64,000 nucleotides of DNA from Candidatus Poribacteria bacterium (GCA_965218095.1 OZ244587.1:864001-928000); one strand, 5' to 3'. Shown: positions 1 to 11,202, counted from the stretch's first letter. Made by a program: numbers and translations. Notes: generated from the letters alone by a model not told the origin.

Positions 1-1154
1 GTGCCGACCACGCTCCCAGATGGGCGGCCACCTCCTGGAATATGGCCATCCCGGAGGTGAGAGAATACAGGTTGCGGTACATTACCGAGGCATGCCGACT
101 AGCAGACTGGGATGGCGTCGAGTTGGACTGGCAGCGACACGCTTTCCACCTTCCCGAAAATGATGCCTATCGACTTCATTACACCCTTACCGATTTGCAG
201 CGGATGGTGCGCAGGCTGACAGACCAGATTGCTGCGGAGCGCGGCAGGGCCTTCTATGTAGCGGTACGCGTCGGTGCGTCAATGGAGACATGCCGGCGGG
301 TCGGGTATGACGTTGAGACGTGGATGCAGGAAGGGCTTTGTGACATCGTTGCGACCAACGCGAACTCCGGCACCGATCCCGGGGTGGAGATCGAAACGTT
401 CCTCGAGCTTGCTAAAGGCGGGGAGATAAAGTTGTATCCGGGCTTCGACAGTCACTGGGAGTCCGGGAAAGGACGCTTGATTGGATCGCGGGTATGGCTG
501 GAAGCATGGTATCGCGGTTTAGCAAAGGGCTACTTCGATCGTGGCGCCGACGGGGTACACATCTTCAACTGGCATGCCAACAGATATACACATCACTCGC
601 TTTTGACGACGATTGGCGCGCCCGAGACGCTAAAGCAGAAGGACAAAGTCTATTCCGCTGTCAAACGTCATATTCGGGCGAGGAGCGAATTGCGCTACGG
701 CGCAGAGCGGGATGACCGTCTCTATGGTGAAACGCCCGTCGCACTGTACCACACACTGACTGGAGATGGACCGAAGTTCCACATTCGTGTCCACGACGAT
801 GTTGTGGCAGAAGCGAAGGCTGGCACCTTGGAAACCATCGGACTTCAAATCGAGTTGGCCCATTTCTCGCCGGCTGACAAGGTTGAGGTCACGCTGGATG
901 GTTGGCGACTGGCCGCCCCATCAATCCGTAACGTTGCCGGCGATGACCCCGACAACCCTTCCGATGTGGACGAGCATAGCTGGCTGGTGTGGGAACTTTC
1001 TCCAGAACAGGTTGCTTTGAATTTCGATCTTATCGGGGCAGACTGGGGCGTGCACGAAATTCAGGTCTGTTTGGTGAAGCAGGATGCGCGTATCCGTCCC
1101 CCGCTAGTTGTGGAGAATGTGGAGATCTACGTCAACTACTATGCTGTTAAATAA
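1..1154 (+). CDS. Glycoside hydrolase family 10-like (GHL10) TIM-barrel protein, probably 5'-truncated by the window edge
   Basis: Motifs 'PEVREYRLRYITE', 'DWDGVELDWQRH' and 'GADGVHIFNW'; reading frame is open upstream of position 42. Confidence 0.65.
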   Translation, partial: ADHAPRWAATSWNMAIPEVREYRLRYITEACRLADWDGVELDWQRHAFHLPENDAYRLHYTLTDLQRMVRRLTDQIAAERGRAFYVAVRVGASMETCRRVGYDVETWMQEGLCDIVATNANSGTDPGVEIETFLELAKGGEIKLYPGFDSHWESGKGRLIGSRVWLEAWYRGLAKGYFDRGADGVHIFNWHANRYTHHSLLTTIGAPETLKQKDKVYSAVKRHIRARSELRYGAERDDRLYGETPVALYHTLTGDGPKFHIRVHDDVVAEAKAGTLETIGLQIELAHFSPADKVEVTLDGWRLAAPSIRNVAGDDPDNPSDVDEHSWLVWELSPEQVALNFDLIGADWGVHEIQVCLVKQDARIRPPLVVENVEIYVNYYAVK

Positions 1155-1230
1155 ATTCTGAATCCAATAAAAGGTGAGACGTGTATTTGTTGGAGCAACG
1201 ACGTAAGTCGTAACAAGGAAAGGAGCAACG

Positions 1231-2391
1231 ATGAGTAAGCCTAAGAAACCCAAATACCGGGTCGGGCTCATTGGCAGCGGCAGACAGGGAACACACCACG
1301 CGCGGGCTTACGCGCTGCACCCGATGACTGAGGTCGGCGCCGTCGCTGATACCGACCCGGAAAATCTGGAACTATTCTGCGAACGCTTCAACGTGCCGGG
1401 CTATAGCAGCTATGAGGAGATGTTCAAGAACGAGCAGATTGACATTGCTGCGCCCACTCTACCGGTTCGAGCGAACCCCGATACCGTTGTTGCTTCGGCG
1501 CTGGCGGGCGTGAAGGCAATCTTCTGCGAGAAACCGCTTGCCGGTAGCCTAGAGGATGCCGATCGCATGGTGGAAGCATGTCGCTCTCGTGGAATCTACT
1601 TCGCTGCGGGGCTTGTCAGTCGAAACTACCCGGAGTATTGGAAAGCCCGAGAACTTATTGAAGCAGGCGAAATTGGCGAGATAGCGAGCATCAACATCTA
1701 CGATAAGAATGGTCAGGGCGGTTGCCACAGCATAAACGTGGCGTGCCATTTCGCGGGTGACGCCGATGTGGACTGGGTCGTGGGCTGGGCTGAGGGAGAC
1801 CCTTTCAGCGACTACGAAGAGGGCCATCGCGAGGGCGAAGCGGGATTCAAGGGGCTCGGCGGTTACATTCGCTTCTCCAATGGCGTCGAGTGCTTTAGCC
1901 ATGTCAAGAACAGCGTCAGGAGTCGTCAAGGCGAAGCGGGGCGAGGGCTGGAAGTTGTGTGCAGCCACGGGGTGCTTTACAACGATAGCCGCGGCCTTCG
2001 CCTCTTGAAAACCACCGATGGAAACCTCGCCAATCTCGTAGAGGTCTCGGGCTTGTTCGAGGACACGCGGGCCGGTAAGATCGCTTACGATGAAGAAGGC
2101 TGGCGGATACCAACGCCGGGCACGACTGCAAGTGTGCAAGCCCTTGTCGATTCACTAGAGACGGGTGTACCGCTCAAGCTGACCACCGGCGAAGACTTGC
2201 GCAAGGCGCTGGAAATCTGCATCACCATGAGAGAATCGCACCGGCAGACCTATTCTCCGATTAAACTCCCCCTTGAGGACCGAAGTCTGAAGATGTTTCC
2301 AATCAACGCACGATGGAATTACAAAAAAGAGGTGTACGGCCGGGAACGGTACATGGCGGATATGGCAACATATATGAGCCATCCTCAATAA
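1231..2391 (+). CDS. Gfo/Idh/MocA family oxidoreductase
   Basis: N-terminal Rossmann 'RVGLIGSGRQG', 'IFCEKP' motif, RBS aaggag. Confidence 0.9.
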   Translation: MSKPKKPKYRVGLIGSGRQGTHHARAYALHPMTEVGAVADTDPENLELFCERFNVPGYSSYEEMFKNEQIDIAAPTLPVRANPDTVVASALAGVKAIFCEKPLAGSLEDADRMVEACRSRGIYFAAGLVSRNYPEYWKARELIEAGEIGEIASINIYDKNGQGGCHSINVACHFAGDADVDWVVGWAEGDPFSDYEEGHREGEAGFKGLGGYIRFSNGVECFSHVKNSVRSRQGEAGRGLEVVCSHGVLYNDSRGLRLLKTTDGNLANLVEVSGLFEDTRAGKIAYDEEGWRIPTPGTTASVQALVDSLETGVPLKLTTGEDLRKALEICITMRESHRQTYSPIKLPLEDRSLKMFPINARWNYKKEVYGRERYMADMATYMSHPQ

Positions 2392-2411
2392 TGTTAAAAG
2401 AAGGAGTCCTG

Positions 2412-3518
2412 ATGAACGAGCAGACAAAATATCGTGTCGGCGTCATCGGCTGCGGTAGGAAGGGGACCCATCACGCATTAGGTTATTGTGCGCATTCCTT
2501 AACCGAAATTGTCGCCGCGGCGGACACCGACCCCGAGAATCTGGAACTTTTTTGTGAACGATTCAATGTCCCAGGCTACGAGGATTACGAGGATATGCTC
2601 AAAAAGGAACAGATCGACATCGCCGCCCCGATTCTGCCCACTATTGCGAATCCAGAGGTTGTTCTCGGCTGTGCGGACGCGGGCGTCAAAGCCATTTTCT
2701 GCGAGAAGCCGATGTCCGCCAGCCTCGAGGATGCGGATCGGATGGTCGAGACTTGCCGCGCTCGGGGAATAAAATTCGCGGTGGGAGATGCGTTTCGGAA
2801 TCTACCGCAATATTGGGCAGCAAGAGAGTTGATCCAGGCGGGTAAGATCGGCGAAGTTCTGAGCATCAATCTCTATGATGCGACAGGCACAATTTCTGGT
2901 GCCGGCTGCCAGGGCTTGAGCCTCATGCGCATGTTCGCATGGGATGCGGATGTTGATTGGGTGCTCGGGCATGTAATAACAGACCCATTCAGCGATAATG
3001 ACCAGGACATGGGTGGGTACGTCCATTTCACCAACGACATCGAGTGTTTCGTGCATGCGAGATCCGCCGCCCGACGGGGCATTGAGGTCATGGCCGACCA
3101 TGGGCTGTTCGCCAGCGACTATTATAGTTTCCACCTTTGGAAGCTAGATGAAGACGCCAACCCGCGTGCCGCAAAATTGTCAGAACTCAATGAAATTGCG
3201 GGGCCGTTTCCGGACGTAACGTATAGGCCAACCTACGATAGACAGGGAAGACGACTGCCGGGAGACCGTCAGATGGCGAGCATACAGTCCATCGTTGACT
3301 CGATTGAGCAGGACATTGAGCCGCGGTGCAGCGGTAACAACATGCGAAAGGTACTGGAGCTCTCGATTGCACTTCGTGAATCCCACCGGCGCAATCATGC
3401 CCCGGTCAAACTCCCCGTAGAAGACCGAAGCCTTAAAATTATACCCGTCCCCGCACGATGGCTGAACAAGAAGGAAGTCTACGGCAGGAAGTGGTACGCA
3501 GAACAGATAGGGAGTTGA
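2412..3518 (+). CDS. Gfo/Idh/MocA family oxidoreductase (tandem paralogue)
   Basis: 'RVGVIGCGRKG', 'IFCEKP'; shares 'DTDPENLELFCERFNVPGY' and C-terminal 'KKEVYGR' with the upstream gene; ATG 2412 follows aaggag. Confidence 0.9.
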   Translation: MNEQTKYRVGVIGCGRKGTHHALGYCAHSLTEIVAAADTDPENLELFCERFNVPGYEDYEDMLKKEQIDIAAPILPTIANPEVVLGCADAGVKAIFCEKPMSASLEDADRMVETCRARGIKFAVGDAFRNLPQYWAARELIQAGKIGEVLSINLYDATGTISGAGCQGLSLMRMFAWDADVDWVLGHVITDPFSDNDQDMGGYVHFTNDIECFVHARSAARRGIEVMADHGLFASDYYSFHLWKLDEDANPRAAKLSELNEIAGPFPDVTYRPTYDRQGRRLPGDRQMASIQSIVDSIEQDIEPRCSGNNMRKVLELSIALRESHRRNHAPVKLPVEDRSLKIIPVPARWLNKKEVYGRKWYAEQIGS

Positions 3519-3624
3519 GACAAATCGTAAACCTTGACAAGGAATGGCAATCAAATAAGTCAGTCAAATGAACCACTAATGTTCAAATTTGGTCGTGGCT
3601 CAACTTACTACTAAAAACGCGAAC

Positions 3625-3725
3625 AGAGGCGTTTAAGCGTATCGAAGCGTTTATCTCTGAGTATAGAAAAAACGCCTGCATTCGGCGGCTACCTGTCACC
3701 GACCAAATTTGAGCAACAATTGTGA
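3625..3725 (+). mobile_element. IS3-family transposase C-terminal remnant
   Basis: Translates with indels as 'IEAF...KRLHSA(G)YLSPTKFEQQL*', resembling the IS3 OrfB C-terminal consensus RLHSALGYLSPxxFE. Confidence 0.55.
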
Positions 3726-4977
3726 CCTATTGAAGTATAACCCATTTCCTTCCATACCTTGTGGGCATAAGCAATAGCCACTTCACCCGGCGGATTGAAC
3801 CCCTTGACGCTGGGCGGCGGCTGACCGGGCTCACGGTGTTCAGGCCAAGGTGACCAGTAATCGTTCTCGTAAGCCTTGCGGACGGATTCCTCGCGAAAAT
3901 CGGGAATCTCAAACGGGGCACCGTTCTCCAAACAAGAACGCCACGCCTGAATGCCGACCATCGCCATCTCTAGCCCGCAATAAACGTCGAAATACGGCGG
4001 CTTGTTTTTGCGAATCGCCTTGGCGAAATGGTAGATTGTGAAGAAGTCGCCCCCGCTGTGGCCTGCCTGTCGCGCTTCCTCGGCGTAGTGGGGAAATTCG
4101 GGTTTGTAAATCTTTTCGCGTTCATCGCCCTTCCGCAGATTCCACGGTTCATGCTTCACCCGCAGGGCAGCTTTGTCCCCGGTTCGTAGGTTCTCCATCA
4201 GTCCGCGCGTCCCATGATCTGATACCAGACGCTGTGGCCGCGCATCGTCAGCCCCATAATCCGCACGACCAATTCGTTGTCCATACGGCAGAGGATGATG
4301 CCGCCGGGGTCGCCACGGCGGACATGCAATTTTTCGGCGTCGTTTTCGGAGCGGGGAATCGACAGCGCATTCACACTGACCGGATGGGTGTCGGTGATGT
4401 ACATAATCGGCGCAAGCGCGTGAGAGCAGTAATAGGTGGACGGAATCCAATTGCGCCAATGGTTCACCCCCGGTGATAATAAATTGATACCGCGTGAATC
4501 GAAGGGGTGGTTATACTCTCCTTCCCCGTATTGCATCTCGCCGACCTCGCCGGCCTTGTAAAGGCGACGCATCTCCTGATTGTAGGCAAAATACGGGTAA
4601 TTCTCGGCGAATAGATAGGTCTTGCCGCTCTCTTCCACGGCGCGTGCCAGAGCAACCCCGTCCGCGAGAGTCCCGCACGCCATCGTTTCACTCATCACAT
4701 ACAGCCCCGCCTCAAGGGCTTTGACAGCAAAGGGAGCGTGCTGGTGAAAGTAGTTTGCCAGAACAACGGCGTCCATGTCGTGAGAGAAAAACTGGTCGTA
4801 ATCGGTGTACGTTGCGACGTTCAGCCGTTCACCTGCTTCGCGTAGCTTCGTCTCCCAAGTATCGCACAGCGCGACCAACTCCATGCCGACATGCTTCGCG
4901 CCATTCGCAAATCCTATTCCGCGTCCGACTCCAACGACGCCAACACGAATCTTATTTCTGTCTGTTTTCTTTGCCAT
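3689..4977 (-). pseudogene. Gfo/Idh/MocA oxidoreductase, frameshifted near 4215
   Basis: ORF 4198-4977 ('RVGVVGVGRG...RGHSVWY') continues in another frame as 'HGTRGLMENLR...GHSGGDFF'. Confidence 0.8.
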
Positions 4978-4997
4978 GGACTTGTTCCTTCTATTTG

Positions 4998-5030
4998 AAC
5001 CTTGCGAAGGTTTCAAACTTTCGCAAGGTT
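4998..5030. repeat. REP-like intergenic palindrome
   Basis: aaccttgcgaaggtt-tca-aactttcgcaaggtt imperfect inverted repeat between two genes. Confidence 0.6.
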
Positions 5031-5034
5031 TATC

Positions 5035-6652
5035 CTACGCGCACTGCAAGACCCGCCCGCTACGCTGCCTAGTCAACTCCCCATCTTTCAGGACGACCTT
5101 CCCATTCACGACAACATGGTGCATGCCGGCAGCGATCTGATTCGGTTCAAAGGTGGTGTCTCGCTCCGCGAAAGTCTCCGGATCGAAGATTGCCACATCC
5201 GCCCACGCACCTCTGCGGAGAACACCCCGGTCGATCAAGCCAAGCCGGCTGGCAGCGAAGTAAGCCGCCGGATAGCTTCTGGCGGGCTGAACGTCTTTCT
5301 GTCGCGCACGAAATGGCGATAGAACCAGGCCCCCCATGTGTAGGCGCCGTGGAATGATGTTGCGCTCAACGGCCCATCCATCGCCAACGCCGTGGCGTCG
5401 GAGCCGATCATGCAGCAGGGATGCTCGAAGGCGATACGGATATCTTCTTCCCGATAGGTGAAGGCAATGACCATCAGGCTATGTAAGTGGCTTTGCATCC
5501 CGGTCTTATCGGGGGTGTCCATTTCGGCGAGCAGGAGGTCGTAGATAGCGTCGAATGGGTCAACGCCCATTAATTCGCTGATTTCAGCGATGCTCTTGCG
5601 GGAGAATTCGGGGTGCGCCTTGCTGTCATAGAGAACGATTCTGCGCCAGTCCCTGCGTGCCAGCGCCGTGATGATACTGCGGTAGGTTTTCAACTCTCGG
5701 TGAGTGGCAACCGACCATAACCGCGCGGCAATGGCGGCCTTGTCCCCTTCCAGCGCCCAAGGCGGCAGGAGGGCGCTTAGATTGGTAGTTCCGAACAGCC
5801 GTGTGTGCATATCAAAACCAACATCTAACCCACCAGCCGATGCTTCATCGACTTGCCTGAGCGCATCTTCGACCGCCCACCGTCCATCTTCAGCCAACCG
5901 CGCGACCACGGAGATGTGGGAAATCTGTAAAGGCAGGTTTGATGCGGTGACGGTCCGGATTGCCTCCACGATACTCTCCTGCGCTTCCCCCTCGCGATTG
6001 CGGGTATGGGTCGCATAGAATCCCCCGGCGTTAGCAGCCACTCGACAGAGTTCGACGATCTCCGCTTCCGTACAGTCCCTTTCTGGCCCATATTCGAGCC
6101 CCGTGGAAAAACCAAACGCCCCTTCCTCCAGGCTCTGTGCCAGCAAGGTCTTCATCTGCTTAAGTTCATCCGGCGTTGAGGGACGGTCTACCAGTCCGGC
6201 GACAGCAAGGCGCAAATTGCCGTTCGGAACCAGGGATGCGACGTTGACCGCAGGCTTTCCCGCTTCAAGGCATTCGAGGTATTCAGCCATCGTGCGCCAG
6301 CTAATCTCGCGGCTCTCCTGGTGTCCGTAGATGTTCATTTTTGCCAATTCCGGGTCGCCGATGGGCGCACCCCCGTGGCCGCAGTTGCCAACGACTTCGA
6401 GGGGCACGCCCTGGGTTATTGAACTCATCGCCCGCGGATCGACGACCAGCGTAAAATCGGAATGGCTGTGAATATCAATGAAGCCGGGCGCGACAAAAAG
6501 ACTTGAGCATCCAAGCATGGCACGCCCTCCCGTTTTTCGATTGCGCCAATGTCGAGGATTCGGCCATCTTTGATTGCCACATCTGCACGAAAAGGTGGGG
6601 CTGCGGTCCCATCAATAACAGTCCCATCATGAATCAGCAGATCAATGTTCAT
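5035..6652 (-). pseudogene. N-acyl-D-amino-acid deacylase (amidohydrolase) with two frameshifts
   Basis: Three segments in different frames: 'MNIDLLIHDGTVIDG...ADVAIKDGRI', 'APGFIDIHSHSD...GSD', 'RLGLIDRGVLRRGAWADVAIFDP'; shifts near 6505 and 5250. Confidence 0.85.
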
Positions 6653-6683
6653 CTGTTTGTCCCTCCGGCTAAGATTCTGACCC

Positions 6684-7442
6684 TTACCTTGCCATCCAGC
6701 CCAGATCCATTGTCCAGTCCGCACCGGTGACGGCGCCGGCTGCCTCAGAGCACAGGTAAACGACAAGGGCTGCTACCTCCTCTGGTGTAATAAGCCGCTT
6801 GATGGTTGCTGGTTCTAACATCACTTGCTCGATCACTTCCTGGGCCGAAAGCCCGTGCGTACGCGCTTGATTAGCAATTTGGCTTTCAACCAGAGGCGTG
6901 CGCACGTAAGCCGGGCAGATAGCATTAACCGTAATACCGTGCTCGCCGCCCTCCAGTGCCGCTGCCCGCGTGAGGCCGATGAGGCCATGTTTGGCTGTCA
7001 CGTAAGCACTCTTGAAGGGCGAAGCGACCCGTCCGTGAATGGAGGCGATGTTGACGATGCGTCCCCACCCACGGACTTTCATTGTCGGCCAGACATATTT
7101 GGTCAGCAAGAAGGACGCGGTGAGCATCACTGCCAGCATTTCGTCCCAGGTGTCTTCAGGAAAGGTCTCAATGGGGTCAATATGCTGGAAACCTGCGTTA
7201 TTGACCAGAATGTGAACCCCGCCGTAGTGAGCCAGTGTTTCGTCCACAAGGCGTTTGCAATCGGTCCGTTGCGAAAGATCTGCTTTCACGAAATGCCCAC
7301 CAACTGTGTCAGCGGTACCCTTTCCCTCAGCCTCATTCAAATCGGCAACGACCACTTGATTGCCGCCCTGCACAAGTGCTTCGGCGATGGCTCTGCCGAT
7401 GCCACTAGCTGCCCCGGTGACAATGGCGACACGTTCGCTCAT
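6684..7442 (-). CDS. 3-hydroxybutyrate dehydrogenase (SDR family)
   Basis: [15 protein letters not shown], '[13 protein letters not shown]' YxxxK, '[11 protein letters not shown]'. Confidence 0.85.
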   Translation of the reverse strand: MSERVAIVTGAASGIGRAIAEALVQGGNQVVVADLNEAEGKGTADTVGGHFVKADLSQRTDCKRLVDETLAHYGGVHILVNNAGFQHIDPIETFPEDTWDEMLAVMLTASFLLTKYVWPTMKVRGWGRIVNIASIHGRVASPFKSAYVTAKHGLIGLTRAAALEGGEHGITVNAICPAYVRTPLVESQIANQARTHGLSAQEVIEQVMLEPATIKRLITPEEVAALVVYLCSEAAGAVTGADWTMDLGWMAR

Positions 7443-7482
7443 TTTCCATCTCCTCGCTGTTGTTAGCTGGCTTTGTCATGAT

Positions 7483-7909
7483 TCAGAGAGGAGAATCTTT
7501 CAAAGCCGGTGTGTTGGGAACTTCAAGATAGAAAGAAGCGCATTCAATCTCCCAATCAACCCATGACATACCATGACATAGGTTTCTCCAAAATTCCCTC
7601 AAGGCCAAAGATTAAATTCGCTTCATTATTATGTGGGAACGGTCCATCTTTCACTTTTCGCGCACTTTTGAATTGCCTCTGAATGGGCTCTCCAACATAT
7701 TCAAAAACAGTCCGCTCAGATCTAACAACCCCCTCAAAAATCATCGTACAGTCCTTCAAATATAGGAGTCGATCCGATGGATTTAGCGGATGGTCTGGCA
7801 TAATACCCAGATTATGAATTGCAACTATCAGCCGGTTGCCTTCTATCAATGGGGACTGAAGGTGACATTCAAAAAAATCATAATAATTATGATAGCCTGT
7901 TATTTTCAT
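7483..7909 (-). pseudogene. Putative immunity-like protein; C-terminus frameshifted by a 10-bp tandem duplication
   Basis: AT-rich ORF 'MKITGYHNYYDFFECHL...'; removing one ccatgacata copy (7561-7580) restores '...KPMSWVDWEIECASFYLEVPNTPALKDSPL*'; start overlaps the upstream stop (ATGA). Confidence 0.5.
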
Positions 7910-8220
7910 CTTATTTTTTCAAATATTGTTGTTCTGACTGCCAAATTCGGAATAGGAATGCCATTAGTCAAGCGAAAGACGAGATTAGAAAACCTCTCAG
8001 GCAGTTCCCCAAATTGTTGGATAACATATAAACCCAGCCGGTCGAGATCTTGTTGGGACGGGGATCTTCCATTTCTTGTCCCAAACCGTTGCGTGCAGTG
8101 GCATTTATGAAAACTTTTCCGCCTTTTTTCAGTACACGGGCAACTTCATCAAGAAATGCAGCACGTGGTCCACTTGCAATGATTTTATCCACCAAATTCT
8201 CATGAAAAGGCAAACTTATG
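7906..8220 (-). pseudogene. C-terminal fragment of a class I SAM methyltransferase-like domain (possible polymorphic-toxin tip), truncated by IS
   Basis: 'LPFHENLVDKIIASGPRAAFLDEVARVLKKGGKVFINATARN', then after a 1-nt shift 'RFGTRNGRSPSQQDLDRLGLYVIQQFGELPERFSNLVFRLTNGIPIPNLAVRTTIFEKIR*'. Confidence 0.55.
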
Positions 8221-8991
8221 CTAGGTTCTGTTGACATTTGAGTATAAGGTTGTGGCATATATAAGGTTGTGGCATAATAGAAGAATGATGCCAATAACCT
8301 TACCCGATGACCAATGGAAAAAGATATACTCGTTTCTTCTAACTTGTCCCAACATCTATGTTGGCAACGAAGCGACAACACGCCGCTTTATCGAAGCTGT
8401 TCTCTGGGCGACCCGTAGCGGTGCTCAATGGAGACTTCTGCCAGACACCTATGGTAAATCGAACACCCTCTATAAGCGGTTTGCTCGGTGGTGCGACAAA
8501 GGGGTCTTCACACAGATCCACCACCACTTCGCCGCCGACCCCGATATCGAGTCGCTTATTGTGGACAGTACAATCATTCGAGCGCACCCGTGTGCGGCGG
8601 GTGCCGAAAAAAAAAGGGTGGCACTGAAAACCAAGCGTTAGGTCGCTCTCGCGGGGGATTCAGTACAAAAATTCACATCACAGTTGACGGCCTGGGTAAT
8701 CCACTAAGAATACATCTGACGCCCGGTCAAAGAAACGACATAGCAGAAGCAGAAGCGTTGATACTTGGATATAAAAGCGAGTATGTGATTGGAGACAAGG
8801 GATATGACTCCGACAATTTTATCGCGGTTATTGAGGCGAATGGAGCGATTGCGGTGATACCGCCAAAAAGTCATCGTGTGGATCAAAGAGATTACGACAA
8901 ACATCTGTACAAAGAGAGACATCGGGTTAAATGTTTCATTAACAAGATAAAATGGTATCGCCGCATCTTCTCTCGGTTCGAGAAGTTAGCT

Positions 8992-10100
8992 GAGGGGTGT
9001 GCATAAATATAGTTGACATAATCAAGCCAAAAGGGTTTCCTATTGTTATCATAGCAAAAGGAGCCCCAATATGGTACAAAGACCAATGTTGGCTGATTAT
9101 GTCACTCTTATTATGCAACTCTTTGAGCAGTTTATGCAACACCGTATTGACAAACCAGGTGTCACACACGCAAAACCATTGACATATTCAACCACCTCGT
9201 TTATCATTTTCTTCATGTTGATGCAGTTTCACGGCATCTATGGCTTCAAAACGCAATGGCGGTGGCTAATCAATCACCCAGAAGTGTTACAAATGCTGGG
9301 GTGGCAACAGCCCCCTCATCGAACCACGATTGCACGTCGCTATAAGGCATTATATGAAGTGATAGAGGCATTTGTATTGTTTATCGGTCAGTATGCCACT
9401 GACTTGTCCCAACAATTCAACTTGGCTCATCTGGTAGCCGACAAAAGTTTATTTAAGGCACGAGGACCCGTCTGGCATCAAACTGACCGCAAAGCAGGAA
9501 AAGCACCTAAACATCTACGCAACCTCGACACCGATGCCACGTGGAGCAAGAGTGGTTATCATGGCTGGGTCTATGGCTACGGACTTCACATTATCTGCAC
9601 ACAAGGTGCGTTCCCAACACTGATAACTGTGCACCGTGCGTCGGTCTCCGAAAGTTGGGCGATAGATGCTAAAGCGTCTGAGATTCTGACACAACTTTCA
9701 CCGCAGACACTCACTGCCGATGATGCCTATACCCAAGCAGACCGTATCCGTCGTTGGGCGAAAGCACAAGTCGCTTTGATTACCCCGGCACTTAGATGGA
9801 CAAAGGGACGGTTTGCCAAGGCGTATCATCGATTTATCAACCAACCCAAGCAGCGTCTCTGTTTAAGCAAACGTCGCAGTTCGGTTGAACCGTTGTTTGA
9901 CTTGATTGCTAAAGTGATAGGCACCACTCCTCAACAGAAGCAGTTACCGGTCAAGGGGTTTTTCAATGTACGCTGTTGTTTAGCTATCGGGGTGTTATCA
10001 GTGCAAGTGGCTATGATTGCCAATGCCATATGGAAGTTACCTGCTCGCAATATCTCTCATATGGCGGCTGTTTTCCAATGAACTACTATGCACACCCCTC
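8992..10100 (+). mobile_element. Nested DDE insertion sequence, apparently intact
   Basis: IR gaggggtgtgcata / tatgcacacccctc; flanking direct repeat agttagct at 8984-8991 and 10101-10108 (alternatively a 16-bp IR with TTAG duplication). Confidence 0.9.
9071..10081 (+). CDS. DDE transposase (DDE_Tnp_1-like; family not assigned)
   Basis: 'VADKS', 'DTDATWSKSGYHGWVYGYGLH', 'TADDAY', 'RRSSVEPLF'; lies within the IRs. Confidence 0.85.
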   Translation: MVQRPMLADYVTLIMQLFEQFMQHRIDKPGVTHAKPLTYSTTSFIIFFMLMQFHGIYGFKTQWRWLINHPEVLQMLGWQQPPHRTTIARRYKALYEVIEAFVLFIGQYATDLSQQFNLAHLVADKSLFKARGPVWHQTDRKAGKAPKHLRNLDTDATWSKSGYHGWVYGYGLHIICTQGAFPTLITVHRASVSESWAIDAKASEILTQLSPQTLTADDAYTQADRIRRWAKAQVALITPALRWTKGRFAKAYHRFINQPKQRLCLSKRRSSVEPLFDLIAKVIGTTPQQKQLPVKGFFNVRCCLAIGVLSVQVAMIANAIWKLPARNISHMAAVFQ

Positions 10101-10180
10101 AGTTAGCTATCCGTTATTTTGGATTTCTCAGCTTTGTCTCCACTCTTATATGGCTCCCTTGAAATGTCAACAGAACCTAG

Positions 10181-11087
10181 TTTAGAGACTAAATTGAGCA
10201 ATAGATAAAGGCACAAAGCCATCGTCATCAACGGGTAAGCCATCCCACTGCACCAACAGATTAAACACCGCCATCGTGAAACCGAGTCGTGTTTTGAAAT
10301 AAGCCCAACACCGATGCCCCACTTTCTTCAAATGACAGACTCGGGTCAACATTGATAAAACGGTCTCAACCCGCATCCGACCGTTCCACTCCCCACGGTG
10401 GCACAGCCGCAGGTTACAAGACACCCCATCAGCTTTGGCAAACCCTGTATCGGCAAAAACAACCATCTGCGCCTCAATCCCGATCTTATCGGGACAGGTG
10501 GAAGCGACTACCATCGTGTACATTGGCACTATCACAATCCCAGTCCACAATCAGCCCCAAATGGTTGAGTAGCAAACACAGCTTGCCGCCTACAATCCAG
10601 CGTTGATTGGATAGCCCTTTTCTACCGATTTGCTGCTGAGAGCGACCTTCTCGACGGGGGTGAATCAGTTCAATACCATAAGTGTCAATCACGCCGATGA
10701 GTGAAGGATTTTCCATGAAAATATCATCAGATGTTGATGATTGTTGAACAATCGAAACAAGCGGCTTCGCTCGGGTAAATTGGGGAACAAGGGTTTATAA
10801 TTGTTTTAACACCTTATAAGCGCAAACAGCAAGGCGATGGTAACCCCTTCAGAGGGATAGAGATTGGCTTGGCTATGCTTTTGGTTTTTGTTTTGTTGTG
10901 TGAGTTTATCATCTACACGACAGAACATGAGTTTATCATCTACACGACAGAACAATTGTGTGATAAAATCTACAGTGGTCATGAGTTTGGGTTCCTCCCG
11001 TTAATCGAGTATGGTTTGTCACCCCGATTAACGATAGAATTGAGGAAACCGTCTCATGACCTCTCATTAAACTTGCACCACTGGTTA
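10181..11087 (-). mobile_element. Degenerate IS with fragmented DDE transposase
   Basis: Fragments 'MTTVDFITQLFCRVDDKL', 'VIDTYGIELIHPRREGRS...WIVGGKL', 'FADTGF...RMRVETVLS...LSIAQFSL*'; candidate end taaccagtggtgcaagtt at 11070-11087. Confidence 0.75.
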
Positions 11088-11116
11088 TAACAATCTCAGC
11101 TTCACAAAAATTTGAT

Positions 11117-11145
11117 TTGACTACTTCATGTTTGTGTGGTATAAT
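11117..11145 (+). promoter_or_regulatory. Sigma-70-type promoter
   Basis: TTGACT-N17-TATAAT with extended TG. Confidence 0.65.
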
Positions 11146-11202
11146 TTCACACATAAAAAACTTGAAATTATCTTACCGTGAACACAAAGAAAGGAAATTC
11201 AG

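Larger units (their letters stand above)
8285..10162 (+). pseudogene. IS5-family transposase (orfA 8285-8641, orfB via A9 slippery site), split by the nested IS
   Basis: 'GAQWRLLP..YG...TLYKRFARW', 'VDSTIIRAH', 'GRSRGGFSTKIH', 'GDKGYDS'; A9 at 8607-8615; C-terminus 'EKLAIRYFGFLSFVSTLIWLP*' resumes after 10100. Confidence 0.85.
8221..10180 (+). mobile_element. IS5-family insertion sequence (two-ORF, frameshift type), interrupted by a nested IS
   Basis: Perfect 19-bp inverted repeat ctaggttctgttgacattt (8221-8239) / aaatgtcaacagaacctag (10162-10180), including CTAG. Confidence 0.9.
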
